Below the pieces are notes generated by a model. It did not search any database and was not told the origin of the DNA. It was given only the letters and a program-made list of their open reading frames with translations. Below are positions 55,882-64,000 of a stretch of DNA of 64,000 nucleotides, in pieces. The position numbers and the translations under genes were made by a program. The stretch's first letter is position 1. Each line of letters starts with the position of its first letter. Source of the DNA: an uncultured Bacteroidales bacterium (GTDB taxonomy: Bacteria; Bacteroidota; Bacteroidia; Bacteroidales; UBA932); contig CAKVDS010000001.1 of assembly GCA_934726455.1 (NCBI GenBank), positions 79,452 to 143,451 of the forward strand, given 5' to 3'.

Positions 55882-57186
55882 ATGAATAAGGTATATATTG
55901 AGACATACGGCTGCCAGATGAATGTAGCCGACACAGAGGTGGTTTTCTCCATACTTGGTAAAGCCGGATACACCAGGACTGAAGACATCGGCGATGCTGA
56001 TGTGATCATGGCCAACACATGCTCGATACGCGACAATGCGGAGCAGAGGATATGGGGACGCATAGACTTTTTCAACCTGCAGAGGCGTTCGCGTCCCGAT
56101 GTGGTTGTAGGGATTCTCGGCTGTATGGCCGAGCGCCTCAAGGAGGCTCTGCTCGAATCCGGCAAGGTCGACATCGTGGCGGGTCCGGATGCCTACCGTA
56201 ACCTTCCGAAACTCCTTGAAGCCGTCTCGGAAGGACATCCGCAGATGGATGTGATTCTCTCGCGGGAAGAGACCTACGGCGACATTTCTCCGGTGAGGAT
56301 GGACCGCAACGGGGTATCCGCTTTCATTTCTATCATGAGAGGCTGCAACAATGTATGCTCATACTGCGTGGTGCCATACACGAGAGGGGCGGAGCGCAGC
56401 CGGGACTTCAGGACAATAGTCCGCGAAGCCTGCGAGTGCTGCCGTGCCGGATACAAGGAGATTACACTGTTGGGGCAGAATGTGGATTCGTACCGCTTTG
56501 AGGATGTGGATTTTGCCAAGCTATTGGCAATGGTCGCCGAGGCTGTGCCGCAGATGCGTCTGCGTTTCTCTACGTCCAACCCGCAGGACATCTCTGATGA
56601 AGTGCTCACCACGATGGCTTCCTGTCCCAACATCTGCCACCACATACATCTTCCTGTCCAGTCCGGTTCGGACCGCATACTCGAGAAGATGCGCCGCCGC
56701 TACAGCCGGGAGTGGTACTTGTCCCGTGTGGACAGGATCCGCGAGATCCTCCCCGACTGCGCCATCTCCACTGATGTCATAGCCGGATTCTGCTCCGAGA
56801 CTGAGGAGGACCACAAGGATACGCTGAGCCTCTTCGAGAAAGTCGGATTCGATGCGGCCTATATGTTTTATTATTCCGAGCGGCCCGGGACACTTGCCGC
56901 CAAGAAGTACCCTGACGATGTGGATCAGGCCACCAAGACCAGACGTCTTGAGGAAATCATCGCCCTGCAGAACAGGCTCTCGCTTGAGAGCAACCGCCGG
57001 GATGTGGGGAAAAAGTTCCGTGTGCTCGTGGAAGGCCCGTCCAAGAAAAATCCGGACGAACTCTGCGGGCGCAACCAGCAGAACAAGATGTGTGTGTGGC
57101 CGGACAAAGCCCACAAGGCCGGAGACTTCGTGGACGTTGTTGTGAACGACTGCACCCAGGCTACGCTGCTTTGCTCTCTGGTGTAG
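55882..57186 (+). CDS. miaB: tRNA-2-methylthio-N6-dimethylallyladenosine synthase
   Basis: YIETYGCQMN, NTCSIR, radical-SAM CNNVCSYCVVP, and a TRAM domain. Confidence 0.9.
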   Translation: MNKVYIETYGCQMNVADTEVVFSILGKAGYTRTEDIGDADVIMANTCSIRDNAEQRIWGRIDFFNLQRRSRPDVVVGILGCMAERLKEALLESGKVDIVAGPDAYRNLPKLLEAVSEGHPQMDVILSREETYGDISPVRMDRNGVSAFISIMRGCNNVCSYCVVPYTRGAERSRDFRTIVREACECCRAGYKEITLLGQNVDSYRFEDVDFAKLLAMVAEAVPQMRLRFSTSNPQDISDEVLTTMASCPNICHHIHLPVQSGSDRILEKMRRRYSREWYLSRVDRIREILPDCAISTDVIAGFCSETEEDHKDTLSLFEKVGFDAAYMFYYSERPGTLAAKKYPDDVDQATKTRRLEEIIALQNRLSLESNRRDVGKKFRVLVEGPSKKNPDELCGRNQQNKMCVWPDKAHKAGDFVDVVVNDCTQATLLCSLV

Positions 57187-57195
57187 AGCCGCCCG

Positions 57196-57212
57196 TTTTT
57201 TTTTGGGGGGGG
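57196..57212. repeat. Adjacent homopolymers T9 G8 in the miaB-radC intergenic region
   Basis: Read directly: TTTTTTTTTGGGGGGGG. Confidence 0.9.
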
Positions 57213-57273
57213 TTGACGGGGCCGTTTTAGTAAGCGGCTGTTTTTGAAAAACTTTATAACAATACTTATAACT

Positions 57274-57966
57274 ATGAAAATTAAAGATTTGTGCGAGAGC
57301 GAAAGGCCTCGCGAGAAAATGATGCATTTCGGGCCGTCAAGCCTGAGCGATGGAGAACTGATAGCCGTGCTCCTGCGGAGCGGAAGCCGGACGGAGAGCG
57401 CATTGGATCTCTCCCAACGCCTGCTGGCGATGTCCGGCGGCCATCTGACTGAACTTTTCAATATGCCCTTATCCAGAATGACTTCGATTCCCGGAATAGG
57501 CTCGGTGAAGGTTGCATCCGTGCTTGCCGCGTTCGAGCTCGGCAAACGCTTCCTGGCGGAGGGCTCCTGCGTGCAGAAGAAGCCGATACTGACAGCCCGC
57601 ATGGTGTACGACATCATGATTCCATCTCTCAAGGGGCTTAAGCACGAGGAATGCTGGGTGCTGTTTCTCAATGACAGCAGCTATCTTCTCTCTAAAGTGA
57701 AAGTCACCAGCGGAGGCGGTCGTTCGACCGTGATAGATGTCAGGCAGGTGGTGCGACTGGCGCTGGACAGGAGCGCCTCCGGGGTGATTCTTGTCCACAA
57801 CCATCCGAGCGGCAACCCGAATCCAAGCAACGCCGACATCACCCAGACAGACTCCCTGCACAAGGCCTGCGGCGCCTGCGGACTGGAGCTGATGGATCAC
57901 GTGGTGGTGTGCGACGATGCCTTCTTCTCATTCTCCGAAGAGCGGATGTACACAACAGCACTCTGA
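57274..57966 (+). CDS. radC: RadC-family JAB/MPN domain protein
   Basis: RPREKM, ELIAVLLRSG, HhH GIGSVKV, JAMM motif VHNHPSGNPNPSNAD. Confidence 0.88.
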   Translation: MKIKDLCESERPREKMMHFGPSSLSDGELIAVLLRSGSRTESALDLSQRLLAMSGGHLTELFNMPLSRMTSIPGIGSVKVASVLAAFELGKRFLAEGSCVQKKPILTARMVYDIMIPSLKGLKHEECWVLFLNDSSYLLSKVKVTSGGGRSTVIDVRQVVRLALDRSASGVILVHNHPSGNPNPSNADITQTDSLHKACGACGLELMDHVVVCDDAFFSFSEERMYTTAL

Positions 57967-58131
57967 ACGGCACGGCAGGCCGCCCTCTCTCAGTATAAAC
58001 CCCGGCGCTTGAATGGTTTTGGTACGGTAAAAAGCCTTCTCCCGTACGGAATCCGGCCAATGACCTTGGGTCACACCGGGTCATTTAAAGTCCATTTCCG
58101 TTCATATCGGTGAATTACGTTGGCAGACGAT

Positions 58132-58139
58132 TATATTTG
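58132..58139 (+). promoter_or_regulatory. -7 box TATATTTG upstream of the surface-protein gene
   Basis: Matches TAnnTTTG about 95 nt upstream of ATG 58235. Confidence 0.45.
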
Positions 58140-58234
58140 TCGAGGTGTTCCCGTGCCGATCGCGCGCCCCGGCCCTTCATAGCGGCTGAAAACAGGCTGA
58201 GAGGCAGCGGGAATGAATTTAAAGTAATAACCGT

Positions 58235-60856
58235 ATGCTACGAAAACTATTGACGCTGGCCTGCGTGCCACTGGTGCTGCTGGGATGCAACAAACTGAAC
58301 GACCTGTCGACCAAGGTCGATGACATCGATTCCCGTCTGGGTAAACTTGAGACGCTCTGCGCCCAGATGAACAAGGACATCACCGCCCTGCAGAAAGCGG
58401 TCAAAGCCTTGGAGGACAAAGACTATGTGACTTCCGTGGAGCCGATCACAGAAGACGGCAAGGAGATCGGCTACCGCATCAACTTCACCAAGAGCGGAAG
58501 CATCACCATTTACCACGGCAAAGACGGGGCCGACGGACTGACCCCGGTCATAAGCGTATCCCAGGACACGGACGGGCTGTACTACTGGACAATTGATGGG
58601 GAATGGCTCCTTGATTCCGGCGGCAACAAGATCAAGGCCTCGGCTACTGACGGCGAGGACGGCATCACCCCTCAGCTCAAGATAGAGGAGGACTGGTGGT
58701 ATATCTCCTACGACGCCGGACAGACCTGGACGAAACTCAGCACCGCCAAAGGCGACAAGGGAGACTCGATGTTCAGTGCCGTCACCTACGACAGCCTTTA
58801 CCTCTACCTAACCCTTGCCAACGGCACGAAGCTCACCATCCCGATGTCCTCCCCGATAAGTCTGGAGTTCGACATCAAGGACAACGAGGCCGTCATCTCG
58901 GCAGGCGAGACCATAGTCATCGGATACACTGTCACCGGCTCAACTCAGACGAGCAAGGTTTCAGCCTCCTCCGACGGCAACTATGTAGTGAAAGTCAAGA
59001 GCAGCTCAGCCGACAAGGGCACGATAGAAGTCACAGCCCCGACCCCGTACGCCGATGGCTACATCAACGTCATCGCCGACAACGGCAACGGCTACACCCG
59101 CCTGCACGTCATCAGCTTCAGCGAGCGCAAGATCAACTTCCCGTCCGGCCTCGAATACAGCGTCGCCACCGAGGGCGGCACGGTGGAGATCCCGTTCACG
59201 GTCAATTTCGACTACACGGCCAAGGTCGCGGCCTCAGATGCCGGATGGCTCAGCATCGCGCAGACCAAGGCCGCAGAAAGGGCTGCCAGCCTCTCCGTGG
59301 TCGTGGGCAAGAACGACGGCGATGCCTCCCGCAGCGGCAAGGTGTATATCTATCCGCTCAACGGCAACGGTGAAGCCTGCCGGGAAATCGTGATCAACCA
59401 GGCCTCGGCCTACTTCAGCATCAGCAAGACCCTTGTCGTGGCCCCGGCCGAGGGCGGCGAGTTCTCGGTGGACGTCAGATCATCCCGCGGGCTCACTCTG
59501 AAGCCGGGAGAGGGCGACTGGTTCACTGCCACAGCCGAAGCCGACAGCAAGGAGACGGGCAAATACAGCCTCAAGGTCAAAGTGAACGAGAACAACGGCA
59601 CCGAGCGCCGCAGCAGCACCGTTGAACTTTACTCCGATGGTGCCCCGGCAACGCGGCTCGGCAGTCTCGAAGTCCTGCAGTCCAGCAAGACCGCAGATGA
59701 ACTCAAGGACATGGTCTTCGTCGGCAAAGCCGCCTTCGCCAACGACTTCACCATCTACCTCCCTCTCGCCGGCGAGATCGACTGCTACATAGACTGGGGC
59801 GACGGCACGGTGGAGCATGTGGAGAAGTATCTGCCTGAAGGCTACTGGGGAGGAGATAACGTTTTCCACAAGTACAATGTGGATAAGGGCACTGAATATG
59901 AGATCAGGATTTCGGGGAAAGTGACCAGCTTGCGTTCTGCATCGACGTCGGGATTGCAAGCGCGCTATCTCTCCTCTATTACCGCTGTTAGACAGTGGGG
60001 AAGCACTGGATTGAGGAACATGAGTAATGCCTTTCGTGGCTACAGCGCTCTTAAGAGCATCCCGGCTGATGAGACCGGGGCCTTTGCTGAGGTGACTTAT
60101 TTTGGGGCAGCTTTCTCTTCATGCACAGCTTTGGAGACTGTGCCGGTCGGACTGTTCAAGTATTGTGGAAATGTGACCTCGTTCGATTCTTGTTTCAGTA
60201 ATTGCAGTTCGTTGACTTCCATTCCTGAAGGTCTGTTTTTAGGCTGTAGGAATGTGACCTCGTTCAGTTCATGCTTCAGTAATTGCAGTTCATTGACTTC
60301 CATTCCTGAGGGGCTGTTTTCGGAGTGCAAGAGTGTTACAGACTTCGGCTCATGTTTCTATGGATGCAGTTCGTTGACTTCCATTCCCGAGGGACTATTT
60401 TGGGGATGCACGGAGATGGAGAATGTTTGGTCTTTATTCAGTTATTGTGAAAATATGCTATCTATTCCTGCAAAGTTATTTGCAGGCAACCCGAAGATAA
60501 CAGCATTTAATAGCACATTTGATAATTGCAACAAGCTGACGAATATACCGGAAGGATTATTTGACAGCTGTCCGAATGTCGACAGTTTCAATAAGACTTT
60601 CCAACAGTGTCAAAGCTTAAGATCAGTACCGGTTTCCCTCTTTGACAACAATCGTAAGGTTACAGATTTTATGTGTACTTTCAGTGGTTGCTATATGGTT
60701 GTCGGTGAATCGCCGTACACAGTAATTAACGGAGTGAAATACCATCTGTACGAAAGAGCGGACAATCCGGATGAATTTATAGCACCGACTTCGTTCGGTG
60801 CCTGCTTCTCGAGCTTCTCGGATTATGGACAAATGCCTTCGGAATGGCGATGGTAG
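58235..60856 (+). CDS. Large surface lipoprotein: DUF4988-like coiled-coil/GxDG N-terminus, BACON-like Ig repeats, C-terminal BspA/DUF285-type leucine-rich repeats
   Basis: Lipobox VLLGC. Coiled coil LGKLETLCAQMNKDITALQKAVKALE followed by GKDGADG. Three GG..E(I/V)..V-type BACON-like segments. At least 8 repeats of the form F..C.SLTSIPEGLF. Confidence 0.7.
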   Translation: MLRKLLTLACVPLVLLGCNKLNDLSTKVDDIDSRLGKLETLCAQMNKDITALQKAVKALEDKDYVTSVEPITEDGKEIGYRINFTKSGSITIYHGKDGADGLTPVISVSQDTDGLYYWTIDGEWLLDSGGNKIKASATDGEDGITPQLKIEEDWWYISYDAGQTWTKLSTAKGDKGDSMFSAVTYDSLYLYLTLANGTKLTIPMSSPISLEFDIKDNEAVISAGETIVIGYTVTGSTQTSKVSASSDGNYVVKVKSSSADKGTIEVTAPTPYADGYINVIADNGNGYTRLHVISFSERKINFPSGLEYSVATEGGTVEIPFTVNFDYTAKVAASDAGWLSIAQTKAAERAASLSVVVGKNDGDASRSGKVYIYPLNGNGEACREIVINQASAYFSISKTLVVAPAEGGEFSVDVRSSRGLTLKPGEGDWFTATAEADSKETGKYSLKVKVNENNGTERRSSTVELYSDGAPATRLGSLEVLQSSKTADELKDMVFVGKAAFANDFTIYLPLAGEIDCYIDWGDGTVEHVEKYLPEGYWGGDNVFHKYNVDKGTEYEIRISGKVTSLRSASTSGLQARYLSSITAVRQWGSTGLRNMSNAFRGYSALKSIPADETGAFAEVTYFGAAFSSCTALETVPVGLFKYCGNVTSFDSCFSNCSSLTSIPEGLFLGCRNVTSFSSCFSNCSSLTSIPEGLFSECKSVTDFGSCFYGCSSLTSIPEGLFWGCTEMENVWSLFSYCENMLSIPAKLFAGNPKITAFNSTFDNCNKLTNIPEGLFDSCPNVDSFNKTFQQCQSLRSVPVSLFDNNRKVTDFMCTFSGCYMVVGESPYTVINGVKYHLYERADNPDEFIAPTSFGACFSSFSDYGQMPSEWRW
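60168..60410. repeat. Three tandem 81-nt (27-aa) LRR-coding repeats; the first two are near-identical at DNA level
   Basis: ATGTGACCTCGTTC...AATTGCAGTTC(G/A)TTGACTTCCATTCCTGA recurs with an 81-nt period (60171, 60252, 60333). Confidence 0.8.
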
Positions 60857-60930
60857 TATTAAATTCTTGACTATGACGCGCTTCATCCCGGTGGCCACGG
60901 CGGCTGCCGGGATTTTTTGCCGATTACTTC

Positions 60931-62031
60931 TTAACTATTCTCCAATTCTTTTTCGATCTCTTCAATTGTAGGCAAACTGCCACGAAAATCTTTCGGTAAG
61001 GCTTGCCCTAATTCATAAGCGGAAACTCCTATAGGTTTTTGAATATCACGCAAAGCATATTCGGCTTTGATACGGTCCTTGGTCTTGCAAAGCAAAAGAC
61101 CGATAGTGCGGTTGTCGCCTTCACGGCAAAGTATGTCATCTACAGCGGAGCAGTAGAAATTGAGTTTTCCGATGTATTCTGGCATGAACTCCGAATCTTT
61201 CAGTTCAATTACAAGATAGCGGTGCAGAAAGGTGTTGTACATCAGGATATCAATATAATAGTCATCTCCGGATACTTCAATATGATACTGCCGCCCCATG
61301 AAAGCGAACCCGCCACCCATTTCAATCAGAAACTTTTCCACATGGCTGACCAGACCGATCTCCACATCGCGTTCATTGTATTGGTCTGTGAATGTCAGCA
61401 TGTCAAATATGTACGGGTCTTTGAGCATTGCTTTCACATCGCTAGCTTCCGGTGCTGGCAAGGTCTCAGCGAAATTGTTTGCCAATGCTCCATGTTTGTT
61501 GTAATTGTCAAGTTTGATGGCTTCCTGCAGATAGCGTTTGTTCCAATGGGATGTAATACATTGCACCATATACCAATATCTGGCCCGTATATCCTTGACC
61601 TGCTGTAAAAGTATCAGATTATGCGTCCAACTCAGATGTTTTATCGGAAGGGTAAAATTGTATGTGCCCAATTGCGCAACCGCCGGTTGCGCAATTGATG
61701 GAACTGAGTCCTTCACCATCGTCAACTCCTGGTTGTATTCATTGAAGAACTGCATCATACATTGCATATTACGCACAGAGAAGCCTTTTATTTCCGGATA
61801 GTAGTTTTTCATATCCACCGCCAATCGTTGCAACGTCTTCTTTCCCCAGCCATCGGAGTCTTGGCTTTGTTGCAGCATCCTGCCAATATCCCAATACATT
61901 CGGAGCACCTCCTCATTGGCCGCATAAATCGCACGCTTTTGCGCGAGCAATACTCTCTGTTTGATCTGCCGGAGCAGTTTCGCATAACCATGGAAACTCT
62001 CTGTCAATGAATCTTCAACTCTAACGCTCAT
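60931..62031 (-). CDS. DUF1016 (YhcG-like) PD-(D/E)xK nuclease family protein
   Basis: N-terminal YAKLLRQIKQRVLLAQKRAIYAANEEVLRMYWDIGR, and C-terminal DILMYN...YLVIELK motif. Start trimmed to MSVRVED. Confidence 0.75.
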   Translation of the reverse strand: MSVRVEDSLTESFHGYAKLLRQIKQRVLLAQKRAIYAANEEVLRMYWDIGRMLQQSQDSDGWGKKTLQRLAVDMKNYYPEIKGFSVRNMQCMMQFFNEYNQELTMVKDSVPSIAQPAVAQLGTYNFTLPIKHLSWTHNLILLQQVKDIRARYWYMVQCITSHWNKRYLQEAIKLDNYNKHGALANNFAETLPAPEASDVKAMLKDPYIFDMLTFTDQYNERDVEIGLVSHVEKFLIEMGGGFAFMGRQYHIEVSGDDYYIDILMYNTFLHRYLVIELKDSEFMPEYIGKLNFYCSAVDDILCREGDNRTIGLLLCKTKDRIKAEYALRDIQKPIGVSAYELGQALPKDFRGSLPTIEEIEKELENS

Positions 62032-62197
62032 ATCTTTTTCCTCTTTAATTGCAAAGATACATTTATTGCGGTAAACTGTGCGCTGGAGACGGGTGACACT
62101 TGCGGGGCTTTTTTGTTGAGCAGGCGGCATCCGCCCCGGCGCACAACTCCGCTGAACTGGCGCCGGGACTCAAATTATGCAGGTTTCCCCGGTCAGG

Positions 62198-62650
62198 CTA
62201 TTTCCTTGCTGTGCGGGAAGGGTGGCAGATTATCTGGACGTCGATGAAGTCCACCTTGAGGCCACGGAAACGGCGGCCCTTGAAATGCTTCTCTATGATG
62301 TCCGCCAACTCGTCGTCAATCACATCCTTGTATTCGTTGTCCACATAATTGTAGAGGTGGAAATGCCGGAACGTGTTGACATCGAAGTACATCTTGTTGT
62401 TGGAACTGGTACGTCTGCCGTAGATCTTCAGGTCGGCCAGAGTGGAGAGGATATTGTAGACGGACGAGACCGTGACGTCGACACCTTGCGCTGCCATCTT
62501 CTCCACCACCATGTCGGCACTGGCATGCCCGAGACTGAGCATAGCCTCGTGTACGGCTATTCTTTGCGGTGTGGCCTTCAGCCCTTTTTCCTTGAGTATG
62601 GCACGGAATCTGTCGATGTCCGGAGCGGTTTTGTCCTTAATCCTTGGCAT
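62198..62650 (-). CDS. Fur-family transcriptional regulator
   Basis: Winged helix GLKATPQRIAVHEAML...SADMVV...VSSVYNIL. The C-terminal half has HFHLY but no CxxC pairs. Confidence 0.7.
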   Translation of the reverse strand: MPRIKDKTAPDIDRFRAILKEKGLKATPQRIAVHEAMLSLGHASADMVVEKMAAQGVDVTVSSVYNILSTLADLKIYGRRTSSNNKMYFDVNTFRHFHLYNYVDNEYKDVIDDELADIIEKHFKGRRFRGLKVDFIDVQIICHPSRTARK

Positions 62651-62692
62651 AGGGCGTCAAAGGTAACAAAAAAATCACTAATTTTGTAAACT

Positions 62693-63625
62693 ATGGACAA
62701 TAAGGAACATATCAGATGCCTCATAATCGGGGGTGGCCCTGCCGGATATACGGCGGCCATCTATGCGTCCCGCGCAGGTCTGGTGCCGGTCCTCTACGAG
62801 GGCATGGAGCCGGGCGGGCAACTTACTACCACCACCATGATAGAGAACTATCCCGGATTTCCCGGGGGAGTGGATGCCAACCAGCTCATGTCCGGCATGC
62901 GGGAGCAGGCCGTCAAGCTTGGGGCTGACATCAGAAGAGGGTCGGTGACCAAGGTCGATTTCTCCAGGAGGCCGTTTGAGATCATCGTCGATGACTCGCA
63001 TCAGATAGAAGCTGAGGCGGTGATCATCGCCACCGGAGCCGTGGCCAAATATCTCGGGATTCCTTCAGAACAGAAATTCCGTGGCCTCGGAGTGTCTGCC
63101 TGCGCCACTTGTGACGGCTTTTTCTACCGCAAAAAAGATGTGGCAGTAGTCGGAGGCGGAGATACAGCCTGTGAAGAGGCCACGTATCTTGCCGGCCTGT
63201 GCCGCAAGGTGTACATGATAGTGCGCAGGGATGTTTTCCGTGCTTCCGAGGCCATGCAGGAGAGGGTGAAGTCCACCCCGAACATCGAGATTCTCTGGAA
63301 CTGCACGACGCAGGAGATTCTCGGAGACGAGTCCGGAGTGACCGGAGCAAGACTCTTGAGGAAGAATGGCGAGGTTTTTGATATCAAGGTGGACGGGTTT
63401 TTCCTGGCGATAGGCCACCATCCTGTCTCTGAACTCTTTGCCGAATGGGTGAAGACCGATGATGAAGGATATATCGTCACCGATGGAGTCAACGGGCATA
63501 CCAATGTCGAGGGCGTGTTCGCCGCCGGAGATGTCCAGGACCCGCATTACCGTCAGGCCATCAATGCTGCCGCGTCAGGATGCCGCGCCGCCTTGGAGGC
63601 TGAAAAATTTTTGAAGCAACGATGA
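62693..63625 (+). CDS. trxB: Thioredoxin-disulfide reductase
   Basis: IIGGGPAGYTAAIY, redox-active CATCDG, GGGDTACEEA, AAGDV. Confidence 0.93.
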   Translation: MDNKEHIRCLIIGGGPAGYTAAIYASRAGLVPVLYEGMEPGGQLTTTTMIENYPGFPGGVDANQLMSGMREQAVKLGADIRRGSVTKVDFSRRPFEIIVDDSHQIEAEAVIIATGAVAKYLGIPSEQKFRGLGVSACATCDGFFYRKKDVAVVGGGDTACEEATYLAGLCRKVYMIVRRDVFRASEAMQERVKSTPNIEILWNCTTQEILGDESGVTGARLLRKNGEVFDIKVDGFFLAIGHHPVSELFAEWVKTDDEGYIVTDGVNGHTNVEGVFAAGDVQDPHYRQAINAAASGCRAALEAEKFLKQR

Positions 63626-64000
63626 AATTCAACAGAATCCTTGCAGCCCTTCTGGCTGCCCTCGCCCTGCTGCCGTCCTGCAAGTCGCAGTACGACATTG
63701 TGTTGGAAAGCAGTGACGTGGATTTGAAGTACAATGCCGCGTTCGACTATTTCAACAAAGGCAAATATACCCGGGCCGCCTCGCTCTTCGAGTCGCTCGC
63801 CCTGCTCACCAACGGCACGGAGCGCGATGACACCGTCAGGTATTATTGGGGTCTGAGCAACTATTCCAACAAGGACTACTACACGGCGGAGACCAATTTC
63901 ACGCAGTTCCTTTCAAACTGCCCCAACAGCCCGTTCTCCGAAAGCGCCGAGTTCCTGCGCATAGATTGTCTGTATAAGGCGACACTCCGCTATGAACTGG
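63622..64000 (+). CDS. bamD: Outer-membrane assembly lipoprotein BamD/YfiO-like, 5' part (runs off the window)
   Basis: Lipobox ALLPSC. TPR-like FDYFNKGKYTRAASLFE...DYYTAETNF. ATGA overlap with the trxB stop. Confidence 0.7.
   Translation, partial: MKFNRILAALLAALALLPSCKSQYDIVLESSDVDLKYNAAFDYFNKGKYTRAASLFESLALLTNGTERDDTVRYYWGLSNYSNKDYYTAETNFTQFLSNCPNSPFSESAEFLRIDCLYKATLRYEL

Noticed and set aside
56521-57327. 268-aa ORF antisense to miaB, plus the 248-aa ORF at 56925-57671
   Set aside because: Both overlap the well-supported miaB and radC frames and have no motifs.

Overview
This window looks like a chromosomal segment of a Bacteroidota (Bacteroidales-like) genome. The evidence is repeated TAnnTTTG -7 promoter boxes, many LxxC lipoproteins, BACON/DUF3078/DUF4491-type families, rpoN, and an lpxD-lpxC-lpxA cluster. 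The backbone is housekeeping: pnp 3' end, initiator tRNA-Met, sppA, hisS, tmk, folP, tilS, proS, lpxDCA, rimP-nusA-infB, glpK, tadA, tRNA-Gln, polA, rsmG, rpmH, tRNA-His, dnaK, rpoN, miaB, radC, trxB and the bamD 5' end. Several patches that look more AT-rich by eye interrupt this backbone. (i) 4.4-8.7 kb holds an EcoRI-like N6-adenine methyltransferase ending in an (AG)11 tract. A second copy of its C-terminal module follows, then a DUF262-HNH nuclease and an AAA/DUF4143 ATPase. This is my best candidate for an undescribed restriction/defence-type system with a possible slipped-strand switch. (ii) 28.3-35.9 kb is a nine-gene co-directional cluster: ATPase with a D..ExK nuclease-like tail, PAS protein, TPR/TM/HTH regulator, then six small secreted or lipoproteins. 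These include a Big2 + lectin-like protein and two tandem BACON-like paralogs. (iii) 36.5-37.7 kb holds a second DUF4143 ATPase. (iv) 41.0-41.9 kb holds a paralog of the lectin-like lipoprotein beside tRNA-Gln. (v) 58.2-62.0 kb holds a large DUF4988/BACON/LRR surface lipoprotein and a DUF1016 PD-(D/E)xK nuclease. Unexplained non-coding structure includes tandem hairpin-containing direct repeats in front of the ATPase genes and nested palindromic repeats between dnaK and rpoN. It also includes two TGTAAA-N5-TTTACA boxes upstream of an FtsX-type permease and a terminator-like hairpin in the rimP-nusA-infB leader. I recognised no CRISPR array, rRNA, integrase or transposase. All coordinates were hand-counted and may be off by a few nt. 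All family names come from motif recognition, not from searches.
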